Source: a virus
IMG/VR virus record: IMGVR_UViG_3300023184_000035
Span: 1 to 64,000 of that record
Direction: 5' to 3' (one strand)
Length of the DNA stretch: 64,000 bases
Position numbers and translations under genes: made by a program. This document shows, in pieces, positions 40,280-48,476 of this stretch (positions within the stretch are counted from its first letter, which is position 1; every line of letters starts with the position of its first letter). The notes beneath the pieces were generated by a model. It searched no databases and was not told where the DNA came from. It was given only the letters and a program-made list of their open reading frames with translations.

Positions 40280-40639
40280 ATGAACATTATATTTGGCGAA
40301 GCCCTTGACACCATCCCTGACAACTATGTGGTATTGGAATTGGATACATTTGTATTGCCCCCGGACAGTAGAAAAGTCACATCGTATTGTGTGGTTGAAA
40401 AGATCGCCCTGCATGATTTCCCTGTGTTGGAGTCATACAAAAAAGTACACGCAGACTTGATACAGGCATATCGTGATCAAAACTGGGAGTACTGCGAGCA
40501 TGCCATCAAAGGGTTACTGGGCCGTTGGAATGGCGAAGCGGACACTTTTTATGAAAACTTGTTGACACGAGTGCAGGAATTCCAGGCCACGCCACCTGGT
40601 GACTACTGGACTGGCTATATCGACAAGACTGTGGCTTAA
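40280..40639 (+). CDS. hypothetical protein
   Basis: AAGGA SD; YR.QNW...PP..W.G resembles the C-terminal tail of some class III cyclases. Confidence 0.7.
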   Translation: MNIIFGEALDTIPDNYVVLELDTFVLPPDSRKVTSYCVVEKIALHDFPVLESYKKVHADLIQAYRDQNWEYCEHAIKGLLGRWNGEADTFYENLLTRVQEFQATPPGDYWTGYIDKTVA

Positions 40640-40923
40640 ATATTGTCAGGGTTGCTGCCAACTGTACCTGATCCCAGCACACATGCAGTGGTGTCTGTGT
40701 ATTCTACCACGGTCCAGGTTTTCTTTTGTTTATTTGCCAGCAATGTGATATGACTGTTGGTATCTGATTTGCCCACCCATACTGGTGTTTCTCCAAATTC
40801 TTTGGCAAAATGTGGTATCACAAAGTCTGCATTGCTACATTTTAATGGCTTTTGTAATTGAACAAGCTCTTGTGCTTGGCCAGTTAAACAAACCAATAAT
40901 GACAGTGCTAATAATTTTTTCAT
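40636..40923 (-). CDS. small exported protein (paralogue A)
   Basis: Signal peptide; C..EFGE..W.G..TVV.Y..AC. Confidence 0.75.
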   Translation of the reverse strand: MKKLLALSLLVCLTGQAQELVQLQKPLKCSNADFVIPHFAKEFGETPVWVGKSDTNSHITLLANKQKKTWTVVEYTDTTACVLGSGTVGSNPDNI

Positions 40924-41237
40924 TGTATACTTCCTGGCTCGGGACTACTTGAGGGTCCTGATGAATGTATACATGCAACATGAGCACTGTATTGTACCAC
41001 TGTAAATGATCCTGTAACACTATTACGCATGACTGCAATAGTTGTGGGCGATTTAGTTAGTTTGTCTTGTCCTACCCATATTTGTTCCTGACCAAATTCT
41101 CTAGCCAAGAACTCTAACATAGTTTGTGCCGGAGCACAATTCAATTGCACTTCTGCTTGGAACATGCGATCTGGTACTTGGGCGCCGGCTATAGAGCTAA
41201 TTAGGCAGAATAGGAACGCCATTATTAATTTTTGCAT
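40920..41237 (-). CDS. small exported protein (paralogue B)
   Basis: Signal peptide; same C..EFG..W.G..TVV.Y..AC pattern. Confidence 0.75.
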   Translation of the reverse strand: MQKLIMAFLFCLISSIAGAQVPDRMFQAEVQLNCAPAQTMLEFLAREFGQEQIWVGQDKLTKSPTTIAVMRNSVTGSFTVVQYSAHVACIHSSGPSSSPEPGSIQ

Positions 41238-41258
41238 AATGGATCCTTAAAATATTAT

Positions 41259-41777
41259 TTATTGCGTTGGGTTAGAGAGACAGCTTCTTTGTACTTCATT
41301 TAACATCATATAACGTTCACGCTGTCCGTGATAAACGTTATAAATTACCTCGGCAATGTCCCGAGTGATCTGCATGAATTCTGGATTACAATGATGCGGG
41401 AATGTTTGTACGAATGTTTTCTTTGTGTGGTCCCAGTTATTATCTCGCATGATGAATGCGTAATGTGTGAGTTCGTGACCCAGGCCCCAATCTATCATCT
41501 CATAACCATAATGTTTCAGTGTTTCGGGAGAGATGATGATTTGCATATCATAGTCAGAATCATCTGGTATGGGAAATTGAAACATCATTCTTGCTCCGGC
41601 TGGCAGCGTTTCAACAGTAATCGGAGGCATGGGTAAATCTACAGGGGCGCCCACACGCTGTTTGATAAATTTCCACTCTAGTTCAATCACTGGCCAATCT
41701 AAATCCGATATTCCCGGTTGGACGTTGGCTATAGAGCTAGTTAGGCAGAATAGGAACGCCATTGCTATGTATTTCAT
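41259..41777 (-). CDS. exported HExxH zinc-metallopeptidase-like protein
   Basis: Signal peptide; LGHELTHY and a downstream His. Confidence 0.65.
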   Translation of the reverse strand: MKYIAMAFLFCLTSSIANVQPGISDLDWPVIELEWKFIKQRVGAPVDLPMPPITVETLPAGARMMFQFPIPDDSDYDMQIIISPETLKHYGYEMIDWGLGHELTHYAFIMRDNNWDHTKKTFVQTFPHHCNPEFMQITRDIAEVIYNVYHGQRERYMMLNEVQRSCLSNPTQ

Positions 41778-41802
41778 AGTGGCTTCTCCTGTTGCATATT
41801 TA

Positions 41803-42801
41803 TTACACAACAGGCACTAAATTATCCCTAAAAATTTCCCAAGCCCTGTCCCAGTTCCACCGCTGACTGCCATCAAATACCCGATGTCTGGGCAGGAACA
41901 AACAGTCAGTAACTGCTTGTTTTAACTGAGCATTGATACAGCCTGTTATACCTTCATCTATTACATCTAATGGACCTGTAGCAGGATACGCAGCTACCGG
42001 TGTGCCACAGGCCATGGCTTCGATCATCACAATGCCAAATGTCTCCCACTGGCTGGGAAACACAAACACATCTGCCAAATTGTAATAATATGCTAGATCA
42101 GCGCCAGTTTTGAATCCCACAAACTCCACGTCAGGATATCGAGACTCTAACTCTGCACGATATGGTCCATCCCCTACCATGATCTTGCGTGAGTTGGGGT
42201 AACTCATGCCGCAGAAATCATCCAGGTTTTTTTCTTTGCTGACTCTGCTGACACACACCAGCGTGGTCTTGGCATTGGGCAAGCGTTCTCTGGGATAGAA
42301 CACAGTGCGATCAACACCGCGTGTCCAGGAAATAATTTCTCCATCAAATCCATGTGCTTTTAATTCTCGAACCATGGTGTCAGTCGTGGTCAGCACCTTG
42401 CCTGAGTGTTTGTGGAACCAACGCACTAGAGGCCAAGTAACTGCTTCAGGGATGCCAAACAGTTTTCTAAGTCCTTCTGGAAACTTAGTATGATAAGCAG
42501 TATTGTACCTATAATGACGTTTGTCAAGATATTGTCTAACACGCAGACCAATAGGACCCTCGGTGGCGATGTGGATATGATCCGGACGGATCTCCTCAAG
42601 TATCGGGCCCAGGTTCCGCGGAAAGGCAATCTTGACTTCGTTGTAGCCAGGGCAATCAACATAGCGGAACCTCCGGGGATCAAGGTATACAACACGATAG
42701 TGATCCCGAATCGCACACGCCTCAATATTTTTGTAAGTGGTAACCACGCCATTGATCTGATCCGGTAAGTTATCTGTGACTATTAAGATTGTTTTTTGCA
42801 T
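41803..42801 (-). CDS. GT4 glycosyltransferase, Agt-like (glycosyl-diacylglycerol synthase)
   Basis: IVTD..PDQINGVVTT, IHIATEGPIG, YHTKFPE, RGVD, EKN, ETFGIVMIEAMACG. Confidence 0.85.
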   Translation of the reverse strand: MQKTILIVTDNLPDQINGVVTTYKNIEACAIRDHYRVVYLDPRRFRYVDCPGYNEVKIAFPRNLGPILEEIRPDHIHIATEGPIGLRVRQYLDKRHYRYNTAYHTKFPEGLRKLFGIPEAVTWPLVRWFHKHSGKVLTTTDTMVRELKAHGFDGEIISWTRGVDRTVFYPRERLPNAKTTLVCVSRVSKEKNLDDFCGMSYPNSRKIMVGDGPYRAELESRYPDVEFVGFKTGADLAYYYNLADVFVFPSQWETFGIVMIEAMACGTPVAAYPATGPLDVIDEGITGCINAQLKQAVTDCLFLPRHRVFDGSQRWNWDRAWEIFRDNLVPVV

Positions 42802-42956
42802 TCGCCCGTTACCTTGAATGTTTTAAACTTTAACTCATATCGCATGGTCGCCAGCACCTGTTCGCAACTGAGTTGATTTGGGAAAACTAATTCTATTCTT
42901 CCGGGTTGATCTTGCGGATTCGTTGTGTGTACTGCTATCAATATCATCAACCACAT
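42783..42956 (-). CDS. hidden 57-aa ORF overlapping both neighbours
   Basis: AGGAG SD; MWLMILIAVH...SCEQ...GECKKQS. Confidence 0.55.
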   Translation of the reverse strand: MWLMILIAVHTTNPQDQPGRIELVFPNQLSCEQVLATMRYELKFKTFKVTGECKKQS

Positions 42957-43707
42957 TGTCAGTCTCCTGTGTCCACGTTACAATTTCCCATGTGCCATCA
43001 TGCCGTTCTACCAAGGCAGTGCATGATTCTACCCAGTCGCCGTCGTTCATGTATACAACGCCATCTATATCTTTGATCTCTGCGTGATGTATGTGTCCGC
43101 AGATCACACCATCAAACCCACGCTTCTTGCAGTACTGTGCAAGATTGTGTTCAAAATGAAATATAAAGTCTACTGCTTTTTTGACCCGATGTTTAAGGAA
43201 CAGGCTAAGGCTAAAGTACCCAAAACCAAAATGATGACGAATCCAATTAATCCGAGTATTGAGTCCAAGAATGAAATCATATGCTTTGTCTCCCAACATT
43301 GCCAACCACGGCGCCAGTCTAGTGATGCCGTCAAACAGATCACCGTGTACCACAAGATAGTGCTTGCCGTCGGCACCTATGTGTTCAGTTTGATTTACCA
43401 ATTCAATTATGCCAAACCCAATGCCATATTGCATGAAGGGCCTTAGAAACTCGTCATGATTACCAGCCACATATACCACACGAGTACCACGTTTGCTATG
43501 ACCCAGCACACGGCGAATGACGTTGGTGTGACTTTGTTTCCAGCGCCATTTGTTTTGTTTGATTTTCCAAGCATCAATAATATCTCCCACAAGATATAGT
43601 GTTTCGCAAGTGTTGTGTTTGAGGAAGTTGTTGAGTTTGTCAGCCTGGCTGTCTTTAGTGCCAAGATGTACGTCGCTGATGAAAATGCTGCGATAAGTTT
43701 TTTGCAT
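42835..43707 (-). CDS. PlcP-like metallophosphoesterase (LpxH superfamily)
   Basis: ISDVHLG, LVGDIID, GNHD, HGD.FD, CGHIH, NDGDWVES; adjacent to the GT4 gene. Confidence 0.85.
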   Translation of the reverse strand: MQKTYRSIFISDVHLGTKDSQADKLNNFLKHNTCETLYLVGDIIDAWKIKQNKWRWKQSHTNVIRRVLGHSKRGTRVVYVAGNHDEFLRPFMQYGIGFGIIELVNQTEHIGADGKHYLVVHGDLFDGITRLAPWLAMLGDKAYDFILGLNTRINWIRHHFGFGYFSLSLFLKHRVKKAVDFIFHFEHNLAQYCKKRGFDGVICGHIHHAEIKDIDGVVYMNDGDWVESCTALVERHDGTWEIVTWTQETDNVVDDIDSSTHNESARSTRKNRISFPKSTQLRTGAGDHAI

Positions 43708-43728
43708 ATATTATTTAAATCTAGATGT

Positions 43729-43746
43729 GTTACAATAGCATTACAA
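43729..43746 (-). promoter_or_regulatory. Pho-box-like site upstream of the plcP-like gene
   Basis: Minus strand TTGTAAT-GCTA-TTGTAAC (11-nt period), then 9 nt, then TTTAAATAA. Confidence 0.7.
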
Positions 43747-43791
43747 ACTGGTATCACACAAATGTGTAATATATTGGCACATAAATACCCC

Positions 43792-44433
43792 GTGAAACCC
43801 ACCATAGCCCTTTTCATATACGATCCCAAATGCTCGGTGCAGAGCGGGAATGGGGTTATTCGGGCCTTGAGCCCACATTACAACATCAAGCTATTTTCAA
43901 AAAATCGTGTGGAAGATGTGTTCTTCAATGATGTAGACATGATTGTTGTGCCCGGCGGGTTTGGTGATGCAGATAGTTATGCCAGCCTGTTCAAAAACAA
44001 CGAAAAAAAAGTCAAAGATTTTGTTGCTGATGGGGGCAGATATCTGGGCATTTGCATGGGTGCATACTGGGCAGGCAGTCACTATCTTGATGTGTTGGAT
44101 AGTGTGGATGCAGTACAGTATTTGACACGCCCGGGCACAGACACACGCAGACCACATGCCAAGTCCATTAATGTGATGTGGCGGGGTCAGGCAGATCAGA
44201 TGTTTTGGTATGATGGGTGTGCGTTAGTTGGGGATTCAACAAAGTTTGAAACTGTGAGCACATACGCCAATGGTGATGCTATGGCCATCATACAGAACAG
44301 AATTGGCCTAATTGGCTGCCATCCCGAAGCAGACCGATTCTGGTACGACAGTTACTCATGGATGCGCCGACACTGGCGTGGCGGACATCACAACGTGCTG
44401 TTACAGTTTGCTGATGAGTTGATGACGAAGTAA
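43792..44433 (+). CDS. BPL_N / class I glutamine-amidotransferase-like protein
   Basis: VPGG, GGRYLGICMGAY, HPE triad. Confidence 0.8.
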   Translation: MKPTIALFIYDPKCSVQSGNGVIRALSPHYNIKLFSKNRVEDVFFNDVDMIVVPGGFGDADSYASLFKNNEKKVKDFVADGGRYLGICMGAYWAGSHYLDVLDSVDAVQYLTRPGTDTRRPHAKSINVMWRGQADQMFWYDGCALVGDSTKFETVSTYANGDAMAIIQNRIGLIGCHPEADRFWYDSYSWMRRHWRGGHHNVLLQFADELMTK

Positions 44434-45051
44434 TGTAACACCGTTTTCAAACGGAAAGTCCATGACTTGTATGTTGGGCTGTGTCTTTAGCTGATCAATG
44501 TAATCGCATACTGAATAATGGTACACTTGATCTGCACCGTAAATTCGGGAAGGATTTCTAGTCATGCTGTCATGGAACACCACAATGCTGTTGGTACTGA
44601 GTTGATCAACAAAGGCTTCATGATCGTACTGTGCTTGTTCAGCACTGTGATATCCGTCCACAAACAGTATGTCAATGTTGTGCAAATTGCGATACACATT
44701 GCTTTGCACAAACTCTTGAGTGGTTTTCTTGTGGTGTGTGATGTTGTTGGCATCGTAATGATCAAACCATTCACTCACACGTTCGGGCGACTGCCAGTGA
44801 TCATCCACCATGCCCGGATCCACAAAGTGTACTGTGCCGGCTTGGCCATTGTCCTGAATGCCACGGGCAAACATCATGGGCACAAACCCACGCCATGAGC
44901 CAATGCACACCACTGTGACCGGGCGGTACATACGTGCCAGTGCATAATACATCCAGCCCATACCCAAGTTCTTGTCCTCAGCACGTTGGCCATGCCCCAT
45001 GCTCATAAGTTCAGGATTGGCAACAATTTGTTCCAGCCAGGCGTTATTCAT
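44401..45051 (-). CDS. class I SAM methyltransferase (Methyltransf_24-like)
   Basis: IGSWRG, FVDGYH, VFHD. Confidence 0.85.
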   Translation of the reverse strand: MNNAWLEQIVANPELMSMGHGQRAEDKNLGMGWMYYALARMYRPVTVVCIGSWRGFVPMMFARGIQDNGQAGTVHFVDPGMVDDHWQSPERVSEWFDHYDANNITHHKKTTQEFVQSNVYRNLHNIDILFVDGYHSAEQAQYDHEAFVDQLSTNSIVVFHDSMTRNPSRIYGADQVYHYSVCDYIDQLKTQPNIQVMDFPFENGVTLLRHQLISKL

Positions 45052-46810
45052 TTCTGTACACTTTCAAAGGTTTGATATTGGCACTGTGTGGTGCAACCCA
45101 GTTCACAACATCATCGGGGTTTTCTATTAGGATTTGATCAAACTGATCCAAGGGCAAGCCCAGTTCTGCAACTTCGGCCTTGGTCATAATGCACACAGCA
45201 GACTCGACTTGTTGGTCAAATATCACTGCTCTGGCTGCGGTAAAGCCATTGGCAAAAGGTCTGCTCATGCACTTGCTGTTGATCCAAATGCCTGTGCTGG
45301 CACTGAATGCATTGCTGCCAGTGATCGCAGCCAGTTCATGTGCCAAATGCAAGTCATCTTGGCCCCATGATTCAACTATGACCATGTGCATGGGCACACG
45401 CACACCAGTTTGAAAAATGTGATCCACTATCTGTGTGATGCCATGATTGTAACCCACTTGTGGCACAGCATTTACTTCGCAGATCAGTGCGCCAGTTTCC
45501 AGCCAGCTTTGTGTGATGTCTGGAATCAACAGGTCAATGCCGGCAATGTCCAAGTCCATGACACGGGCAGCACGTAAACACAGTTGTTGATTGTCGGGAT
45601 GTACTGTGCTTTTGTCAATGGCCTGTGTGACACCACCTGCACTGGCATTGTTGCGTCGGCGCAGTTGCAGTTGTTCACCTGCTGACGGCACAGTGTTCAA
45701 CGTGTGTGACTGTTGTGTGAGCATGCCCACAACTTCATCGTCCACAGTCAAGGGTGGCACAGCGGATCCTATCAAGATAAATGGTTCTCCACCTTCGGGA
45801 CGTTTGATGTATCGTGATGGTCCTTGTTGTGCGTCAATCAGTTGTTGCACTGTGCTGACACCATCTCCTGTGACAGTGGCCGACAGTTTCTTGGTCACTG
45901 TGATGATGTTTTGATCCACAATGGTGATTCTGTGTCCCACACCTTCAAAGTGTCGCTCTACCAGGAACTGTGGCACAATCTTTGTGACTTCTGTGTAGGC
46001 ATGTTGCAAGTCTGCCTCTGTGGTGATACCAGCATACACGCCCTGACCATTGTCACGGTCATAAGGTTTGATCACTACAGGATAACCATAGTGCTGGGCT
46101 GCTTTGACAGTTTGTTCCCAGGTTGACACCACTTGATGTTCACTGCCCGGTAACCCTGCTAGGTTCAACAATTCAGCAGTGGAAATTTTGTTCTTGGCAT
46201 ACAACACAGCCTGTGCTGATGTGCGGCCAGTCATGGTGCTGCTGATGCGCTGTGAGTATTTTCCAGTACCCACCATGTGTGTGCCCGGCCATATTTGATT
46301 CACGGGCATGGCACGTTTCATGCACAGGGTCAACAAGAAGCCTTGATTCTGTCCTGGTAATCCATAACGGTCAAGATTGCTGGAAGCCCAGGCCACCAAG
46401 GGTTCAATGTCATGCGGTGCCGGTTGTGAGTACAAGTCAACAATGTCATTGGCAAATTTAAATGCTGTGGCAGTGGCATCCGGATTGGTCACACTCACTG
46501 CCACACGAAAACACACTGCACCTGCAGCAGACTTTTCACGGGTCAACACTTGATAACGATTGGACACAACCACACGATTCATGCCTTGCACAAAACAAGC
46601 CAGACCAATGCCGCGATGCAGCAGTTGCAATTCAACGTCATCAGTGTCAATGTGACTGACAAATCCCAACACACGATCCAGGTCCGCATCCATTGTGTCT
46701 TGATCAAATTGATCGGGTCGTTGTACAATGATATCCAACACAGCCATAGGCCCAAGTATGCCCAGGGCACTGCCTTCACAGGCCGAATACACTGTGCCAA
46801 GTTCAAGCAT
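45044..46810 (-). CDS. cyanophycin-synthetase-like ATP-grasp ligase
   Basis: GYPVVIKP, G.GV, LVE, GDGVSTV..LI, N.S.GG, GIDL, EVN; GGAGG SD before ATG 46810. Confidence 0.8.
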   Translation of the reverse strand: MLELGTVYSACEGSALGILGPMAVLDIIVQRPDQFDQDTMDADLDRVLGFVSHIDTDDVELQLLHRGIGLACFVQGMNRVVVSNRYQVLTREKSAAGAVCFRVAVSVTNPDATATAFKFANDIVDLYSQPAPHDIEPLVAWASSNLDRYGLPGQNQGFLLTLCMKRAMPVNQIWPGTHMVGTGKYSQRISSTMTGRTSAQAVLYAKNKISTAELLNLAGLPGSEHQVVSTWEQTVKAAQHYGYPVVIKPYDRDNGQGVYAGITTEADLQHAYTEVTKIVPQFLVERHFEGVGHRITIVDQNIITVTKKLSATVTGDGVSTVQQLIDAQQGPSRYIKRPEGGEPFILIGSAVPPLTVDDEVVGMLTQQSHTLNTVPSAGEQLQLRRRNNASAGGVTQAIDKSTVHPDNQQLCLRAARVMDLDIAGIDLLIPDITQSWLETGALICEVNAVPQVGYNHGITQIVDHIFQTGVRVPMHMVIVESWGQDDLHLAHELAAITGSNAFSASTGIWINSKCMSRPFANGFTAARAVIFDQQVESAVCIMTKAEVAELGLPLDQFDQILIENPDDVVNWVAPHSANIKPLKVYRNE

Positions 46811-47732
46811 CACCATCCTCCAGACGTTGTTCAAAGTAATCAACAAGATAGCGTTGTAATTCGGGTTGTGGCCTTGCCCAGTGCCAAGCACCGTTGTTGC
46901 CAACCACAATATCTGTGGCAGGATCAAATCCCAGTTGTTGTACAGGATCAAATCGATTCCAGTATCCGCGATTGGGTATTTCTCCGTGCCACAAATGATA
47001 TATGGTATGATCAATGTAACCCACACTGCCTTGCACAGTGGCGTAAAAAGAGTGGGCCCACTTCAAATAGTGTGCAAAATGTGCATCAGTCATGGGCACT
47101 GTGGTGGGTTGTCTTGCTAACTCACCATACGCCGCATGCAAGAACATTCGATCTCCTGCACCCACAATCATGGCGTCATACCACCCGTGTTGATCTATCA
47201 CATCTCTGCGTATGCACCAGGCCAAGCCCGGCATCACTGTGCGTCGAGGATGTCCCCAGGTGTACTGACTGCGTCGTTCTATGGCACCGATGCCATCAGA
47301 TTCAATCTTGGCAACAATGCTTTGTGCGTAATGCTCGTGACTGATTGAGATGTCGGTGTTGCCACGTTCAAGATCCACACTGCGAGAAAACAACTGCACC
47401 GCTTGGTATTGTTGAAGTTGTTGTTGCGCTTTTTCTACCCAGGAATCACTGTCAAACAACACATCACAATCAATCCAGGCCACGGCGTCACAGTCTGGCG
47501 GCAGGTGTTGCAGTGCAACGTTCAGCAGCCGTTCTTTTTGCCACAGCACAGCGCCACCATGCAGTTGTACCATGACATCGGCGTCGGTGGGCGCAAGTTC
47601 AAATTCTCCGTCAAAGCTGAGTTCCACAGTGATCAGTGGCACAGCCAGTTGTTTACGGAACCGTCGGTAATTGTTTAATTTGGTTTGATACCGGGCTGAA
47701 TTGAAATAGGTGGTGATTGCATACAAGTACAT
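46803..47732 (-). CDS. GT-A fold glycosyltransferase
   Basis: WQKERLLN, WIDCD (DxD), GAGD, HLWHG. Confidence 0.75.
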   Translation of the reverse strand: MYLYAITTYFNSARYQTKLNNYRRFRKQLAVPLITVELSFDGEFELAPTDADVMVQLHGGAVLWQKERLLNVALQHLPPDCDAVAWIDCDVLFDSDSWVEKAQQQLQQYQAVQLFSRSVDLERGNTDISISHEHYAQSIVAKIESDGIGAIERRSQYTWGHPRRTVMPGLAWCIRRDVIDQHGWYDAMIVGAGDRMFLHAAYGELARQPTTVPMTDAHFAHYLKWAHSFYATVQGSVGYIDHTIYHLWHGEIPNRGYWNRFDPVQQLGFDPATDIVVGNNGAWHWARPQPELQRYLVDYFEQRLEDGDA

Positions 47733-47738
47733 GTTGTA

Positions 47739-47767
47739 ATTATAACATGTCGGCCCAGTAGTGTCAA
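47739..47767 (-). promoter_or_regulatory. perfect sigma70 promoter, leaderless
   Basis: Minus strand TTGACA-17 nt-TATAAT; ATG 6 nt downstream. Confidence 0.88.
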
Positions 47768-47768
47768 A

Positions 47769-48476
47769 TTAATAGCCAAATCTTGTTTTGTATGTGGCGT
47801 ATAGGGATTGTACAGTGGTCAAGTCCAACACACCGTTGTAAACTTTGATGAAACCTATGTTGCCAGTTTGCACTTCACTGCCGGCTGATCTACTGAACAT
47901 TCGCAACTGATTGAAACCACCGCCGCCCGCATTGGTTGTAGAAAATGCCACAGCGGATGGCTGAGTGTTTGTTGCAGTGTACAGTTGTCCCAAACTGGTT
48001 GTGGTGTTCCAGGTGGCCCAACCAAAGTGCCATATCAGGTCAGCGCCAGACCCGGGCAAGTTCACTGACACGTTGGGATAGAATGTGTCAGGGTTGCCGT
48101 TGTACAAGCCCATGAGCCAATCTTTTGATGCTTCACTTTGAGTGTTCAACAATCTACCATTGGCCACGTTGGTTCTTTGATAGGCCATGAACACACTGTA
48201 ACTCTGGCTGGTAACGTAATTAGGACCTCCATACATGGTGTCTGTGGTTGAGGTGCCGGATCCAGTGAAAGTAAAAATTCCACCATTGGTGGCGCTCCAA
48301 CCCAGTCTACTGCCAGCATTGGCCACTGTGATGGTATAAGCACCTGTGCCAGCCACTGTGCTTCCTGTAGTAGGCACAGCCGCATAGTTGGCAGCATCTA
48401 GGTCATACACCAATGTGGGGGCAGATGACACTGCTGGCCTCCAGTTGCTGATAGCAGACTGCATGATACCACTCAT
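47769..48476 (-). CDS. LamG/concanavalin-like tail-associated protein
   Basis: LDAANY N-motif; IG...VYN..L...Y...K.RFG C-motif. Confidence 0.75.
   Translation of the reverse strand: MSGIMQSAISNWRPAVSSAPTLVYDLDAANYAAVPTTGSTVAGTGAYTITVANAGSRLGWSATNGGIFTFTGSGTSTTDTMYGGPNYVTSQSYSVFMAYQRTNVANGRLLNTQSEASKDWLMGLYNGNPDTFYPNVSVNLPGSGADLIWHFGWATWNTTTSLGQLYTATNTQPSAVAFSTTNAGGGGFNQLRMFSRSAGSEVQTGNIGFIKVYNGVLDLTTVQSLYATYKTRFGY

Noticed and set aside
45044-46810. Complete cyanophycin synthetase CphA1
   Set aside because: It is too short and lacks an evident Mur-ligase P-loop; the track start at 47026 is also rejected because it overlaps the upstream gene by more than 200 nt
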